From positions 128,001 to 192,000 of the forward strand of contig CAVRAO010000008.1 in the NCBI GenBank assembly GCA_963719035.1: DNA of 64,000 nucleotides. Direction: 5' to 3'. This DNA comes from Methanobacteriota archaeon. Its GTDB lineage: Archaea > Halobacteriota > Bog-38 > Methanoflorentales > Methanoflorentaceae. A program made the translations under genes and the position numbers. The stretch's first letter is position 1. The number at the start of each line of letters is the position of its first letter. Positions 53,339 through 62,546 of this stretch are shown here, one piece after another. The notes beneath the pieces were generated by a model that saw only the letters and a list, made by a program, of their open reading frames with translations, was not told the origin of the DNA and did not search any database.

Positions 53339-53641
53339 ATGAACGAACAAGAACATAAGATAATGGAGGGAGTCAAGAATATGCCTACCCATAAGAAAGT
53401 ACCCGATGAAATTGCTGTGGCATCGGTGACAGCAGCATGCGTCATCGGCCTTGCCGTAGCGTTCAAGAACGTTTTTAACGTAAATGTCCCTTTTCTCTTC
53501 TCAATAACCGTTCCGCTCTATCTATTTATTGTTTATATGATTACACGGCCGACGGTACAAAGATTTAAACACGAAACACTGCTGTGGAGTGCAGTAATAG
53601 TTCTCGTGTCCGCGTTCACGCTTCTTTTTTACGTTCTGTAA
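53339..53641 (+). CDS. Small three-TM membrane protein
   Basis: Three hydrophobic segments; palindrome and TTTACATA box at 53229-53264. Confidence 0.7.
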   Translation: MNEQEHKIMEGVKNMPTHKKVPDEIAVASVTAACVIGLAVAFKNVFNVNVPFLFSITVPLYLFIVYMITRPTVQRFKHETLLWSAVIVLVSAFTLLFYVL

Positions 53642-53903
53642 CGTTTTATCATCTCCTTACGCGGCATATCGTGTTCCGTTAAACCTATCCTCTGGGCTAA
53701 ACGCAGCCCTAGTAGGATGGCAAGCGTAAACGGCCACTATACGCGAGTTTTACGCTGCCGCTACTGTTTCACGCTCACAGATACAACTTCAACTATTAGT
53801 GATAACTGCGCGACGGAACAGGCGACCAGGATTAAGCGCGGGTATAAAAGGCGTCGGTATATGCCTCGTAAAGCTATTAGTTCAAAAAAAGAAAAGATGC
53901 AGG

Positions 53904-54221
53904 TTACTTAGCCTGCATCCACCGCTGCATCATTTCTGCTAAAGGCTCGGCGACCCTCAGGTCACTTGTATAGAAACCCAGCATTTTATTGATCGCTGGT
54001 TCTGCGGACCATGCTAACATCGCCTCAAAACTTGGGGCTTCATACACCATAACCTGCAAGTGCTTACGATGTACGTTCCATCCGCCAACTATTTTGATGC
54101 CGTGTTTGTTTGCGAGCTCTTCGAATTTGCTCATGGCTTCAAATGTCACCTTTCTCACGCTCTCGTTGTGAGTCAGACAATCTGCGGCAGTGTGCTTAAT
54201 AACCGACAAAAACGTCAGCAT
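53904..54221 (-). CDS. DUF3303/GYD-like protein
   Basis: Paralogue of 20668 (KHGIKIVGGW.VH.KH.Q..VYEAP.FEA). Confidence 0.82.
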   Translation of the reverse strand: MLTFLSVIKHTAADCLTHNESVRKVTFEAMSKFEELANKHGIKIVGGWNVHRKHLQVMVYEAPSFEAMLAWSAEPAINKMLGFYTSDLRVAEPLAEMMQRWMQAK

Positions 54222-54377
54222 CTTTGATTCGCCTCCTTTCACGTTTAGCGGCGGTGGTAGTGACCCCGCTTTTTCTTAAAACGCGTAAATAGGCACCTTA
54301 AGGAAATAAATGTTGTTGCAACGTCCGCTTGTTATACTGATGGGCTTTATTTTCGGCCTACGAACGGCAGTGCGACT

Positions 54378-54579
54378 CAATCTCATTTTGTTCTTTGCGA
54401 TCTAAGGAAGTTCACAGAACAACACGGCGACATATTGCAGTTGGGATCAGGCAAATCGAGCGTACATAATGACGCACGGAGTCAGCGGAGTCGATTGGAA
54501 GCACTACAAACACCCATTGCCTGCGCACGTGTATAATACCTATATGCGATATTGGCGAGATGTAGATTTGCAATTTTGA
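54378..54579 (+). pseudogene. C-terminal fragment of an SSV-type integrase (frameshift at ~54441)
   Basis: DLRKFTEQHGDILQ / WDQANRAYIMTHGVSGVDWKHYKHPLPAHVYNTYMRYWRDVDLQF*. Confidence 0.68.
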
Positions 54580-54850
54580 CCGCAGGGAGCACATTCATGC
54601 GAGCGGATGGATGCAAAATATCTCAAATCGGTTACACTAATGGTGCATTCGTATTGACGGTGATGACCCAAAGGCAAGAACGTGCCGAAAGTGAAAAGAA
54701 AAAGAGGGGGCTACAAAGAAGCGAGGCCTACATCACCTTTAACTCTTGTATCAGACGCTGCACCTTTTGATCTCGCTTCGCGAGGCAACTGGAGCTCGTT
54801 TCTGAAAGGCAATGCGCTGAAACTTTCGCCCCTGTATTATCGAAGCACCA

Positions 54851-55171
54851 CTAATAACCCTGCACGGCCGCAGCTGCTTCCTTTATCACCACCCTCGATT
54901 CGGCAACATTAAGCACCGGGTATATTTCCCACGTGATGATCGGCCGGTACTTGAACATGACCGCGGCCAGGGCTACTTTATCGTCGAGCTCGCTTAAAGC
55001 GTATCCATCCATTCCGTTGCCAAACTGTCCCCAGTCGCTAAATGACCCGTAGTGCAAATCTACTTTTGCCATTTTGAGCATCGATGAGAACAGTTTCCCT
55101 ATCTCTGTTGGCGTCGTGGGAAGCTCAAGCTTTGAATTGTCAACGTGCCACCTTACAAAGAACTTTGGCAT
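54851..55171 (-). CDS. DUF3303-like protein (tandem copy)
   Basis: KFFVRWH..DWGQFGNGMDGYALSE; high identity to 55186. Confidence 0.82.
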   Translation of the reverse strand: MPKFFVRWHVDNSKLELPTTPTEIGKLFSSMLKMAKVDLHYGSFSDWGQFGNGMDGYALSELDDKVALAAVMFKYRPIITWEIYPVLNVAESRVVIKEAAAAVQGY

Positions 55172-55185
55172 TTTTCACCTCGTTA

Positions 55186-55509
55186 TCATTTAATCAACTG
55201 CGCGGTCGCGGCTGCTTGATTTATCACCGCTGTCGATTCGTCCACACCATACACCGCATTTATGTCCCACGTGATGAACGGCCTGTACTTGAACATGACC
55301 GCAGCCAGGGCTACTTTATCGTCGAGCTCGCTTAAAGCGTATCCATCCATTCCATTGCCAAATTGTCCCCAGTCGGTAATTAATCCATTGTGCAAATCCT
55401 CTTCTATCATTTTGAGCATCGATGAGAACAGTTTCCCGATCTCTGTTGGCGTCGTGGGAAGCTCAAGCTTTGAATTGTCAACATGCCACATTATAAAGAA
55501 TTTTGACAT
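55186..55509 (-). CDS. DUF3303-like protein (tandem copy)
   Basis: As above; SD GAGGTGA. Confidence 0.82.
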   Translation of the reverse strand: MSKFFIMWHVDNSKLELPTTPTEIGKLFSSMLKMIEEDLHNGLITDWGQFGNGMDGYALSELDDKVALAAVMFKYRPFITWDINAVYGVDESTAVINQAAATAQLIK

Positions 55510-56062
55510 TTTTTCACCTCGTCGCGTTTTGGCGGCGGTAATAGTGATCGCCGCTTATTCTTAAAACACGTAAAGAGGCACCTTAAGGAAATAAATGTTG
55601 TTGTAACGTCCGCTTGTTACAACGACAGGTTTTATTTCGGCTGCTAGACGGCTGAAGTATGAGGGATCGTGAAATGGGTGCCGGTGCGTCGCTATTATCG
55701 TCATCAGAAAAAACCCATCATGCTTAAAAGTCGAGCTTGTTCATTGTCGACTGACAGCAACGGCAGTTTCATTTACCCATGCGAGTTTGATCGCAAAATC
55801 TTCGTTGAAGATCAAGAGAGTTGACGTTTTAGCAAATAGTTAGCTCTCACTTTTGCTTCTGCTAAACCGCCCTTGCCAAAAAAATCAGCATCCACAATAA
55901 ATGCATAGCGGAATTTTTAGATCATGTTAATTTGATTAATATTCTTAATAATTTTATAAAAAAAATTGAATTATTAAGAGAGAGCTTACTTGACGGCAAA
56001 ATTTGCCTTATTGTATAAATTCGCAGTATCGCACCTAAAAGGAGGTCAAAATAGCAAGCTTT

Positions 56063-56090
56063 ATTTCCCAAAATGTGTATTTTCGGAAAT
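56063..56090. promoter_or_regulatory. 11-6-11 inverted repeat (dif-like candidate recombination site)
   Basis: ATTTCCCAAAA-TGTGTA-TTTTCGGAAAT, arms 10/11 complementary; abuts the integrase GTG. Confidence 0.6.
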
Positions 56091-56617
56091 GTGAAGAATA
56101 TAACCGATTATTTGGAGCGAGAGCAGGTCGATGCGATCCTTGAGGCAGCGAAGATCACAAATTTTAGAGACTATCTCCTCATCCGTGTATTGTGGCGCAC
56201 TGGTGTCCGTGTAAACGAGTTAGTCAATATCAGGCCGGGAGATATTGAGTGGAACAATCAAGTGATCAATATTATTAAAGCCAAACGTGGAAAGCAGCGA
56301 AGAGTGCTTCTTGACGAAGAAACCCTTAAAATGCTCTCCGATTATGTCTTAGCACAGAATACCCCAGAGGATCACCTATTTTCGGTCTTACAAGCAGACA
56401 AATCCGATACATTGTCAAAAAATACGGGAATACGATAGGCGTTAATATACACCCGCATATGCTAAGACATAGTTTTGCGATCCACTTGGTTCGCGGCGGC
56501 ATGGATTTGCGGCGGTTACAGCTTCTTTTAGGACATAGTAGCCTTAATATGACGCAGATTTATTTACAATTCAAAGATGATGATATTCGAGAGGTTTATC
56601 AGAAGGTAGATTTTTAG
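56091..56617 (+). pseudogene. Catalytic-domain-only tyrosine recombinase (mini-integrase), 1-nt deletion at ~56373
   Basis: TGVRVNE, KAKRGKQR; second frame HPHMLRHSFA..LLGHSSLNMTQIY. Confidence 0.88.
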
Positions 56618-57273
56618 ACGTGGTATTTTTATAAAAGTGAGAGTTAAGAGCCCAAAAAAAAGTTAAGAAACAATAGTCGACCAAGTAGAAAAATTTGATG
56701 CTCCTTGAAACTCATATAATTTGATGATATCTAATTACTTTTGTAACTTCGAGAGCTGTAATTATGACTGAATTACGCTCAAGATATCTTCGATTGAAAT
56801 TTAACGTAACATCTAACGAGTAAAATTAGGTCGCGTACGTTGTTTCTTATGATGTGCTATCATTAGCTCAAAATGAGTGATATTAGACGAGCTAAATAAG
56901 CTGAAAAACGAGATATATTTAAGTAAAAGTCTTAATTTTAGGGCCATCTCATGCATTTTGTTGCTAAGTCATTAAATCAAAATTATAAAAGTAAGTTCCA
57001 ACCTGTAATGACGAATCATAGAGATTGGGACAAATAACATTAATTTAAATAGTTATTATTTAATAGATATATTAAAATTAATCTAATATGTTATAATAGG
57101 TATGATTATTCTTTTAAATAATAACTATATCACTTGTAGCTGGTCTTACAATCTATGCAGGAATAATATAATAGGCTTAAGCCGTATATTCCCAAAAAAA
57201 ATCAGGTAAAAGTGAGAGTTAATGCAGTTGCCGATGCGTGTGAGTTGGCGAAAGTTAAAATTTGGATCGCGGC

Positions 57274-57495
57274 TTATAAATCGCCATCAAATACGGCTAG
57301 AATCGTTTCAAGTTCGTCTTTATCAACACCTTCTTTTGGGTGGAACTTTATGCCATGGTCCCCATGATGGTGCTTCCTGTGATCATATTTACCTATTAAG
57401 ATAGCTTGAGGAATTCTTAATGGAAATGCTTCACATCGCTGCGCTTTTCGATAATATTTGCAGACCAAACACATTGAAACTGGATATACTGGCAA
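57274..57495 (-). CDS. Small Cys/His metal-binding protein (CxxC..CxAFPxxIP..DH..GDxGI type)
   Basis: Motif read directly; SD GGAGG before TTG. Confidence 0.7.
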   Translation of the reverse strand: MPVYPVSMCLVCKYYRKAQRCEAFPLRIPQAILIGKYDHRKHHHGDHGIKFHPKEGVDKDELETILAVFDGDL

Positions 57496-57844
57496 AATGA
57501 GGCCTCCATTTTCGATTTTTTTTCCATCGTCGTAATGTGAGGTATTTCCGTTTTAAAAAGGGAAAGGTTCCTTTTACATGATCCCATTACTTATCGCGTC
57601 CCATTTCCGCGTCGTGATCGATGGATTATAAACTGTTACTTGCACTAAATAAATATTTACAGTAAAACCCCATCGCCGCGCAGGCAGAGGCTCCATCCCC
57701 AGAATCGAACGCGACGATTGATGAGCCTAAATTTTGGAACTCTCACTTTTGCCAGTTCAGACTCAATTAGTTTCACTTGCCTTTCAAGACATATATGAGC
57801 GTGTGCCGTCTTAAAGGGAAAAAAGAAAAAGCAGGCCGTTAGGC

Positions 57845-57890
57845 CTATTTTGGCTGCATCATCTGCATAGCTTCTTCCATCGTCTGTTTA
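57845..57890 (-). pseudogene. 3' remnant of a fifth DUF3303-like gene with its terminator
   Basis: QTMEEAMQMMQPK* followed by GGCCTAACGGCCTGC and a T-run, as at 20640-20680 and 53884-53920. Confidence 0.6.
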
Positions 57891-57952
57891 ATATTTGTCG
57901 TTAAACATATTAATAGGATGGACACATTTAACGTTGCTGAGGTGTATAAATC

Positions 57953-58048
57953 ATGAACCCAAAGCTTGAGGATTTTTTTACGATCGCCGAGTTCGTGATG
58001 ATGGTGATCATTATAGTTCTATTCATAATGTCGTTCTTTCTGTATTGA
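57953..58048 (+). CDS. 31-aa single-TM microprotein
   Basis: MNPKLEDFFTIAEFVMMVIIIVLFIMSFFLY; GAGGTG upstream. Confidence 0.45.
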   Translation: MNPKLEDFFTIAEFVMMVIIIVLFIMSFFLY

Positions 58049-58717
58049 CGGTTGTGAGCGTTTGTTAGTTGCTCGTCGGCCAGATCACATAAAGTCCTTT
58101 AACCAATGCTAAAACGATAGTCACTCAAATATCCGCGTTTTTATCCTTTCGCCCATCTAGGAATGGAATAATCGCTTCCACTACATGCAGAAGAAGCGGG
58201 CAGCAATGTTGTATACAAATCTTGTCGCACTCAGGCGGAATTTCGAGAACAGGCTTGTCGCGCGCCTGTTAGATCAGCGAACTGAGATTCAATAGCAAAA
58301 AGCTGTTGCTCGTAGCCTGTATTTGACTCCGCTTCCGTATGATACCCACTAGATTAAAACTAGAAATGCTTCGGATAAACCTCACAGAAGCTATGCTTAT
58401 GCTAGTCTGCTAGTCCTATGCACTCGTGTCGCCGTGCTCCCACACCGTAACGTTCTGCAAAGGCCAAACTGGGGATGCTATCGAAAGTGTTGCCAGCCAA
58501 CTTATGATCGACCGTAACCAGTTCAAGACCGGCGCAGTCAATTGCTACAGGATCGGTTCCCGCAAGTATGTAGCCGAGACACGCTTTCTACCTCTTCTTT
58601 TATGACTCTGGTTACCTTCACAAATGTAACTTTGTTATTTACGATAAACGAACTTTTTGGTGTTGACATAGCAAAGCGGGTTTCGTACTTCAGTGAACGC
58701 TCCGACAGGCGGTGCCG

Positions 58718-59542
58718 TTACTTATTGATCTCTTTTCCACAATAGGGGCATGTAGACGGAATATCGCGTTCCTGTGCCCTCCTTCTTTGATACTCTTCAT
58801 AGAAAGCCGATCCAAGAATTCCGGTAGGTAGCGCAAATAGTGCAATGCCGAAGAAAGCTATTGCACTACCGACTACCTTGCCGATTGGAGTAACTGGCCA
58901 TACATCTCCGTAGCCGACAGTGGATAGCGTAACAACAGCCCACCACATCGCGTCGGGAATACTTCCGAATTTTGCCGGTTGTGAGGGGCCTTCAACAAGC
59001 CACATCACTGCAGATGCTGCGATGAGAACCGTTGCTCCTACAATTGCAACCGCGAAGAGTTCCCAGCGGCGTTTGTAAAGGACTGTTTTTAGAATATCAA
59101 ACGCAGGGCTATAGCGGCTAAGCTTGAATATCCTTAGCACAATTAGCAGCCGAAGCGCGTGAGTGATAGGTTCATCCACGACAAAGAGCGTGAGATAGAA
59201 AGGCACGACCGTTATAAGATCAATGATGGCTAAAGGCGTGAGAGCGTAACGCATCCGTCCTCGAATCGTCTCCTTAAATCGCTCGTCGAGCGTACACGTC
59301 CAGAGACGCAGTGCGTATTCAACCGTAAACACGATAGTTGAAAAGAGCAGGAACGAGTAATAGAGCACTGCGCTATGTTCATAAAATGCCCGATCGCTCG
59401 CAAGTATGACGGCAAGCACGTTAAGACAGATAAGAAAGATGAGGAACCAATCTACAGCCTTTCCTATTAGACCGGCCCGGCTACCACTTAGAGCCTTAAA
59501 AACCTGATGTTGTGCTACGCGATAGAAAGATGAGACATTCAC
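58718..59542 (-). CDS. Voltage-gated-type potassium channel
   Basis: FTVEYALR, S4-like LRLLIVLRIFKLSRY, WWAVVTLSTVGYGD, C-terminal CPYCG. Confidence 0.93.
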   Translation of the reverse strand: MNVSSFYRVAQHQVFKALSGSRAGLIGKAVDWFLIFLICLNVLAVILASDRAFYEHSAVLYYSFLLFSTIVFTVEYALRLWTCTLDERFKETIRGRMRYALTPLAIIDLITVVPFYLTLFVVDEPITHALRLLIVLRIFKLSRYSPAFDILKTVLYKRRWELFAVAIVGATVLIAASAVMWLVEGPSQPAKFGSIPDAMWWAVVTLSTVGYGDVWPVTPIGKVVGSAIAFFGIALFALPTGILGSAFYEEYQRRRAQERDIPSTCPYCGKEINK

Positions 59543-59845
59543 TGTTCTTCCTCGAACACGTAAGCTGCATCGATATATTAATGCTCGGGCGGGTCGTGCA
59601 ATTTTGCCGTCTTTGCTTTTGCAAAAGAACGCAGTCTGAGCCCCTGCAATTCGCCAACCACCATCAGACAACGCGCCGCAAAATACCCGCTCTCGCGGAT
59701 TAACGACCGTGCTTTTTAATTGGCCAGACCTAATTTAAGCAGGCAAAAGGAGAAAAAAACAAGAAGGGAGTGCTAACTTCTTTTGTTGCCCATTCTACTA
59801 TCGCCACAACACAGTATACGCTACACGCTAGAAGCAACGTTGTCC

Positions 59846-60415
59846 TCAACTGATGATGTTGAAAGACTGTATCATTTTTTGCGCAATTTCGAGATTCGAA
59901 GCGTATGCGCTCTGCGTCGCCTTGTACAGCACAGTATATCCGGTGTTGTTAGCCACTGTTACCACTAACAAGCTTTGCGTGGGACCAGACATGAAGACAT
60001 ACTCCTTGGAAGGATAACCTGAAAGTGTGCTGTTGCTGGAGTTGAGCAGCTTGAAGCCGGACAGCAACTGACTGCTGACTGATATCTCATCCGCTGAGTA
60101 GTTGCTAAGCGTCGTATTCGCCGGTAACGCTACGGGCTTGTTGACCGTAACGGTGCTGACTTCTCCTATATTGTTATACTGGCTAGTATTGTTAAAAATG
60201 GCAAATCCTTCTGTTGGTTGCGTTACTTGCCAAGACGAAGGATATTGGATCGTAAACCCAGAAGAACGATTCCCATACGTGATATATCCTAACACAGGAG
60301 AGGTATTCAGAGGAGATGGGGTGCTGTTACCTACGTTGTACGTGCAACCCGAACTGAAGACCGTTGCTGCGAGCACTATGGCCACGATTATAGAGAGCCA
60401 CTTTTTTCCAGATAT
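59846..60415 (-). CDS. PsbP/DcrB-like lipoprotein (start uncertain)
   Basis: Lipobox FSSGC; GFTIQYPSSW; paralogue of 17658. Confidence 0.78.
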   Translation of the reverse strand: MSGKKWLSIIVAIVLAATVFSSGCTYNVGNSTPSPLNTSPVLGYITYGNRSSGFTIQYPSSWQVTQPTEGFAIFNNTSQYNNIGEVSTVTVNKPVALPANTTLSNYSADEISVSSQLLSGFKLLNSSNSTLSGYPSKEYVFMSGPTQSLLVVTVANNTGYTVLYKATQSAYASNLEIAQKMIQSFNIIS

Positions 60416-60591
60416 ATCGACTTCCTTTGCATGTTGTTGAACCTGAGGTAAAAGGCCGTCGTGATAATATTTCAGTTTATAAAGAAAAGGTAGAATAGCG
60501 CAAAGCAAGCAGGTTGCTGGTAGACACGATGTGCGCAAGTCCAGAAGTTCCGTTCTGTATACGCGGCTGTCAACTCCCAGCAGCTATAGCG

Positions 60592-61068
60592 TCAATAGAG
60601 GGGCCCTAAGCACAAATGCAGTAAAGAGGCATCTGACACTTCAATGAGCTCATCGATTGCTTCTATTTTGCTCCAGGGAACCGTTATTTCGATATGCAAC
60701 GCTTGAATACCAACGCCAATCTCTAAGCCAATCTCTTTTGAATCGGAATCAATGCTAAAGTTTTTAACGTGACCGATATCACACCCACTTAACGAGACAA
60801 CTGCTTTTTTAAGCAACCCTTTCGCGTAAACGGCCTCAGCATCGCTCTCATTGAGTGACCTAAAACGTGCTGTATCGGAAATAGTCAAAGAGTCGTCGCC
60901 TGGTTCAACTTCAGATGGTGGAATCACAAAGGCATGTTTAGCAAATTCATCTTTAACTACCAACAGCCCCTCTTTAAACCCATCTTTATACGTCACGTCT
61001 GCGACGATGCCCCAGTCAGTCCCGCTTCTCGACGACACAGGCTTATTCAAAATGTTTTTTTGCCACAT
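60592..61068 (-). CDS. Tandem PRC-barrel protein
   Basis: Two repeats of LxKxVxSxxGxDxGxV..IP.. Confidence 0.75.
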   Translation of the reverse strand: MWQKNILNKPVSSRSGTDWGIVADVTYKDGFKEGLLVVKDEFAKHAFVIPPSEVEPGDDSLTISDTARFRSLNESDAEAVYAKGLLKKAVVSLSGCDIGHVKNFSIDSDSKEIGLEIGVGIQALHIEITVPWSKIEAIDELIEVSDASLLHLCLGPLY

Positions 61069-61161
61069 AGTATGACCCTTATGCACGTTACGAGTTAAAA
61101 ACCATATTGTTTGCTGTGAGCTATCGAAAAGGAAAACGAAAAGCGAAAAGTTCAATGCCCG

Positions 61162-61719
61162 CTACGGAAGCAAAGTGGCCATAATCACATAATGGTAGGG
61201 CCCCGAGTCCTGAATTGAAACCACATGAAATCCTGCTCGTTCGATGAGAGACGCGGCTTCTGACTCACTGAACCTTATGTCAACCGGCGGCCCAAACGGC
61301 GTCGGTTCTTTTTTCCAGTCCAGGTTGACGAGTCTACCGTCGATCTTAAGGGCCCGCTTGGCATTCAGCAAGACCTTGAACGGATCTTTGAAATCGTGCA
61401 GAGCTATTCCGATAAACGCAATGTCTGCACAACGCTCACACAAAAAGACGTCTTCGGCTGCGGCTCGCGTGACCCGAATATTGCCTAAACCCGCCTGTTC
61501 AGATTGCGCACGCAATTCTTCGAGAGCTTCACCGTCAATATCAATGCCGCATACTAAGCCGTCAGAACCTGCCATCTTGGCTGCTGGAAGAGCAAAAAAA
61601 CCAAATCCACAGGCGAGATCTATAAAAACGTCGCCGGACTTAACCCCCGCTTCGGTCAGGATTTGTTCAGGGTTCTGCCAGCTCCTTCTCTCTGCCTCGT
61701 TACGATACGTATGATGCAT
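61162..61719 (-). CDS. Class I SAM-dependent methyltransferase
   Basis: DLACGFG, GIDID, LHD, DWKK...GPP. Confidence 0.9.
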   Translation of the reverse strand: MHHTYRNEAERRSWQNPEQILTEAGVKSGDVFIDLACGFGFFALPAAKMAGSDGLVCGIDIDGEALEELRAQSEQAGLGNIRVTRAAAEDVFLCERCADIAFIGIALHDFKDPFKVLLNAKRALKIDGRLVNLDWKKEPTPFGPPVDIRFSESEAASLIERAGFHVVSIQDSGPYHYVIMATLLP

Positions 61720-61834
61720 GATCCTTCGCGTGCGAAAAAAGAAGCACACAAACTATTTATGTCTCCCTGGAGGTGAAAGATCGGCTCCGCTTTTCGGATC
61801 TTCAACTATTGATCACATGCTGATCCGTAACCGA

Positions 61835-62404
61835 TCATAATCCGTCTATCCTTACGTAATTTTCAGTAAATCGCAGGAATTGGACGAGCAAAAACCCCAG
61901 AAAAGTCAAGATGAGGGTATAAAGTATCATATCACTCCACAGATACCCGCCAATATTATCGATAATCGCATACTTTCGCATGTCAGCGATGAGATGGCTT
62001 GCCCAGATAGCGCAAGCGGCATAACCGGCGATTAGCGCAGTCCTCGGTCGACGTATAAAAGGCACAAATCCCACCAAGAAAACGAACGGTAAAACAACAA
62101 GTGAGTGCGAGATCTCGATGTTATTTACGAAATCAAATCCTCGTGCTAAGTCGGGCAAGAAGGCTATAAACGGCACCACAATCAAATAACGATAATTGAT
62201 GAATGGAAAGACGATACAAATTGCCAGCACAACATGTGCTATGATTTCATAGCGCTCCCGTGGTGGAAGATTAAACCATAGGTAAAAAAAGAGCAGCTGC
62301 GCAACGATAGCCACAGCAAGCTTAATGAGATCACCTTCAAGGGCCCGTCTCTTATAATCCCCTATTTGATCAGTCGGATAATAGGTCCTCTTTTGCGTTT
62401 CCAT
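61835..62404 (-). CDS. Membrane protein, possible YdjM-like metal-dependent hydrolase
   Basis: Multiple TM segments; H..PD..SHS..SHLIAD motifs. Confidence 0.65.
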   Translation of the reverse strand: METQKRTYYPTDQIGDYKRRALEGDLIKLAVAIVAQLLFFYLWFNLPPRERYEIIAHVVLAICIVFPFINYRYLIVVPFIAFLPDLARGFDFVNNIEISHSLVVLPFVFLVGFVPFIRRPRTALIAGYAACAIWASHLIADMRKYAIIDNIGGYLWSDMILYTLILTFLGFLLVQFLRFTENYVRIDGL

Positions 62405-62546
62405 CGTAAAGCCTTTTCGAAAGAGCTTGTCTTTGTATATAGTTGTGCTGAGCGATCCTTACGTGATTTTTTGTACGATGAGTATTTTGTTGAGCGGGTT
62501 GTAATACGCCAAAAGCGCTACTAACAAAGCCACTATACCAGACGTA

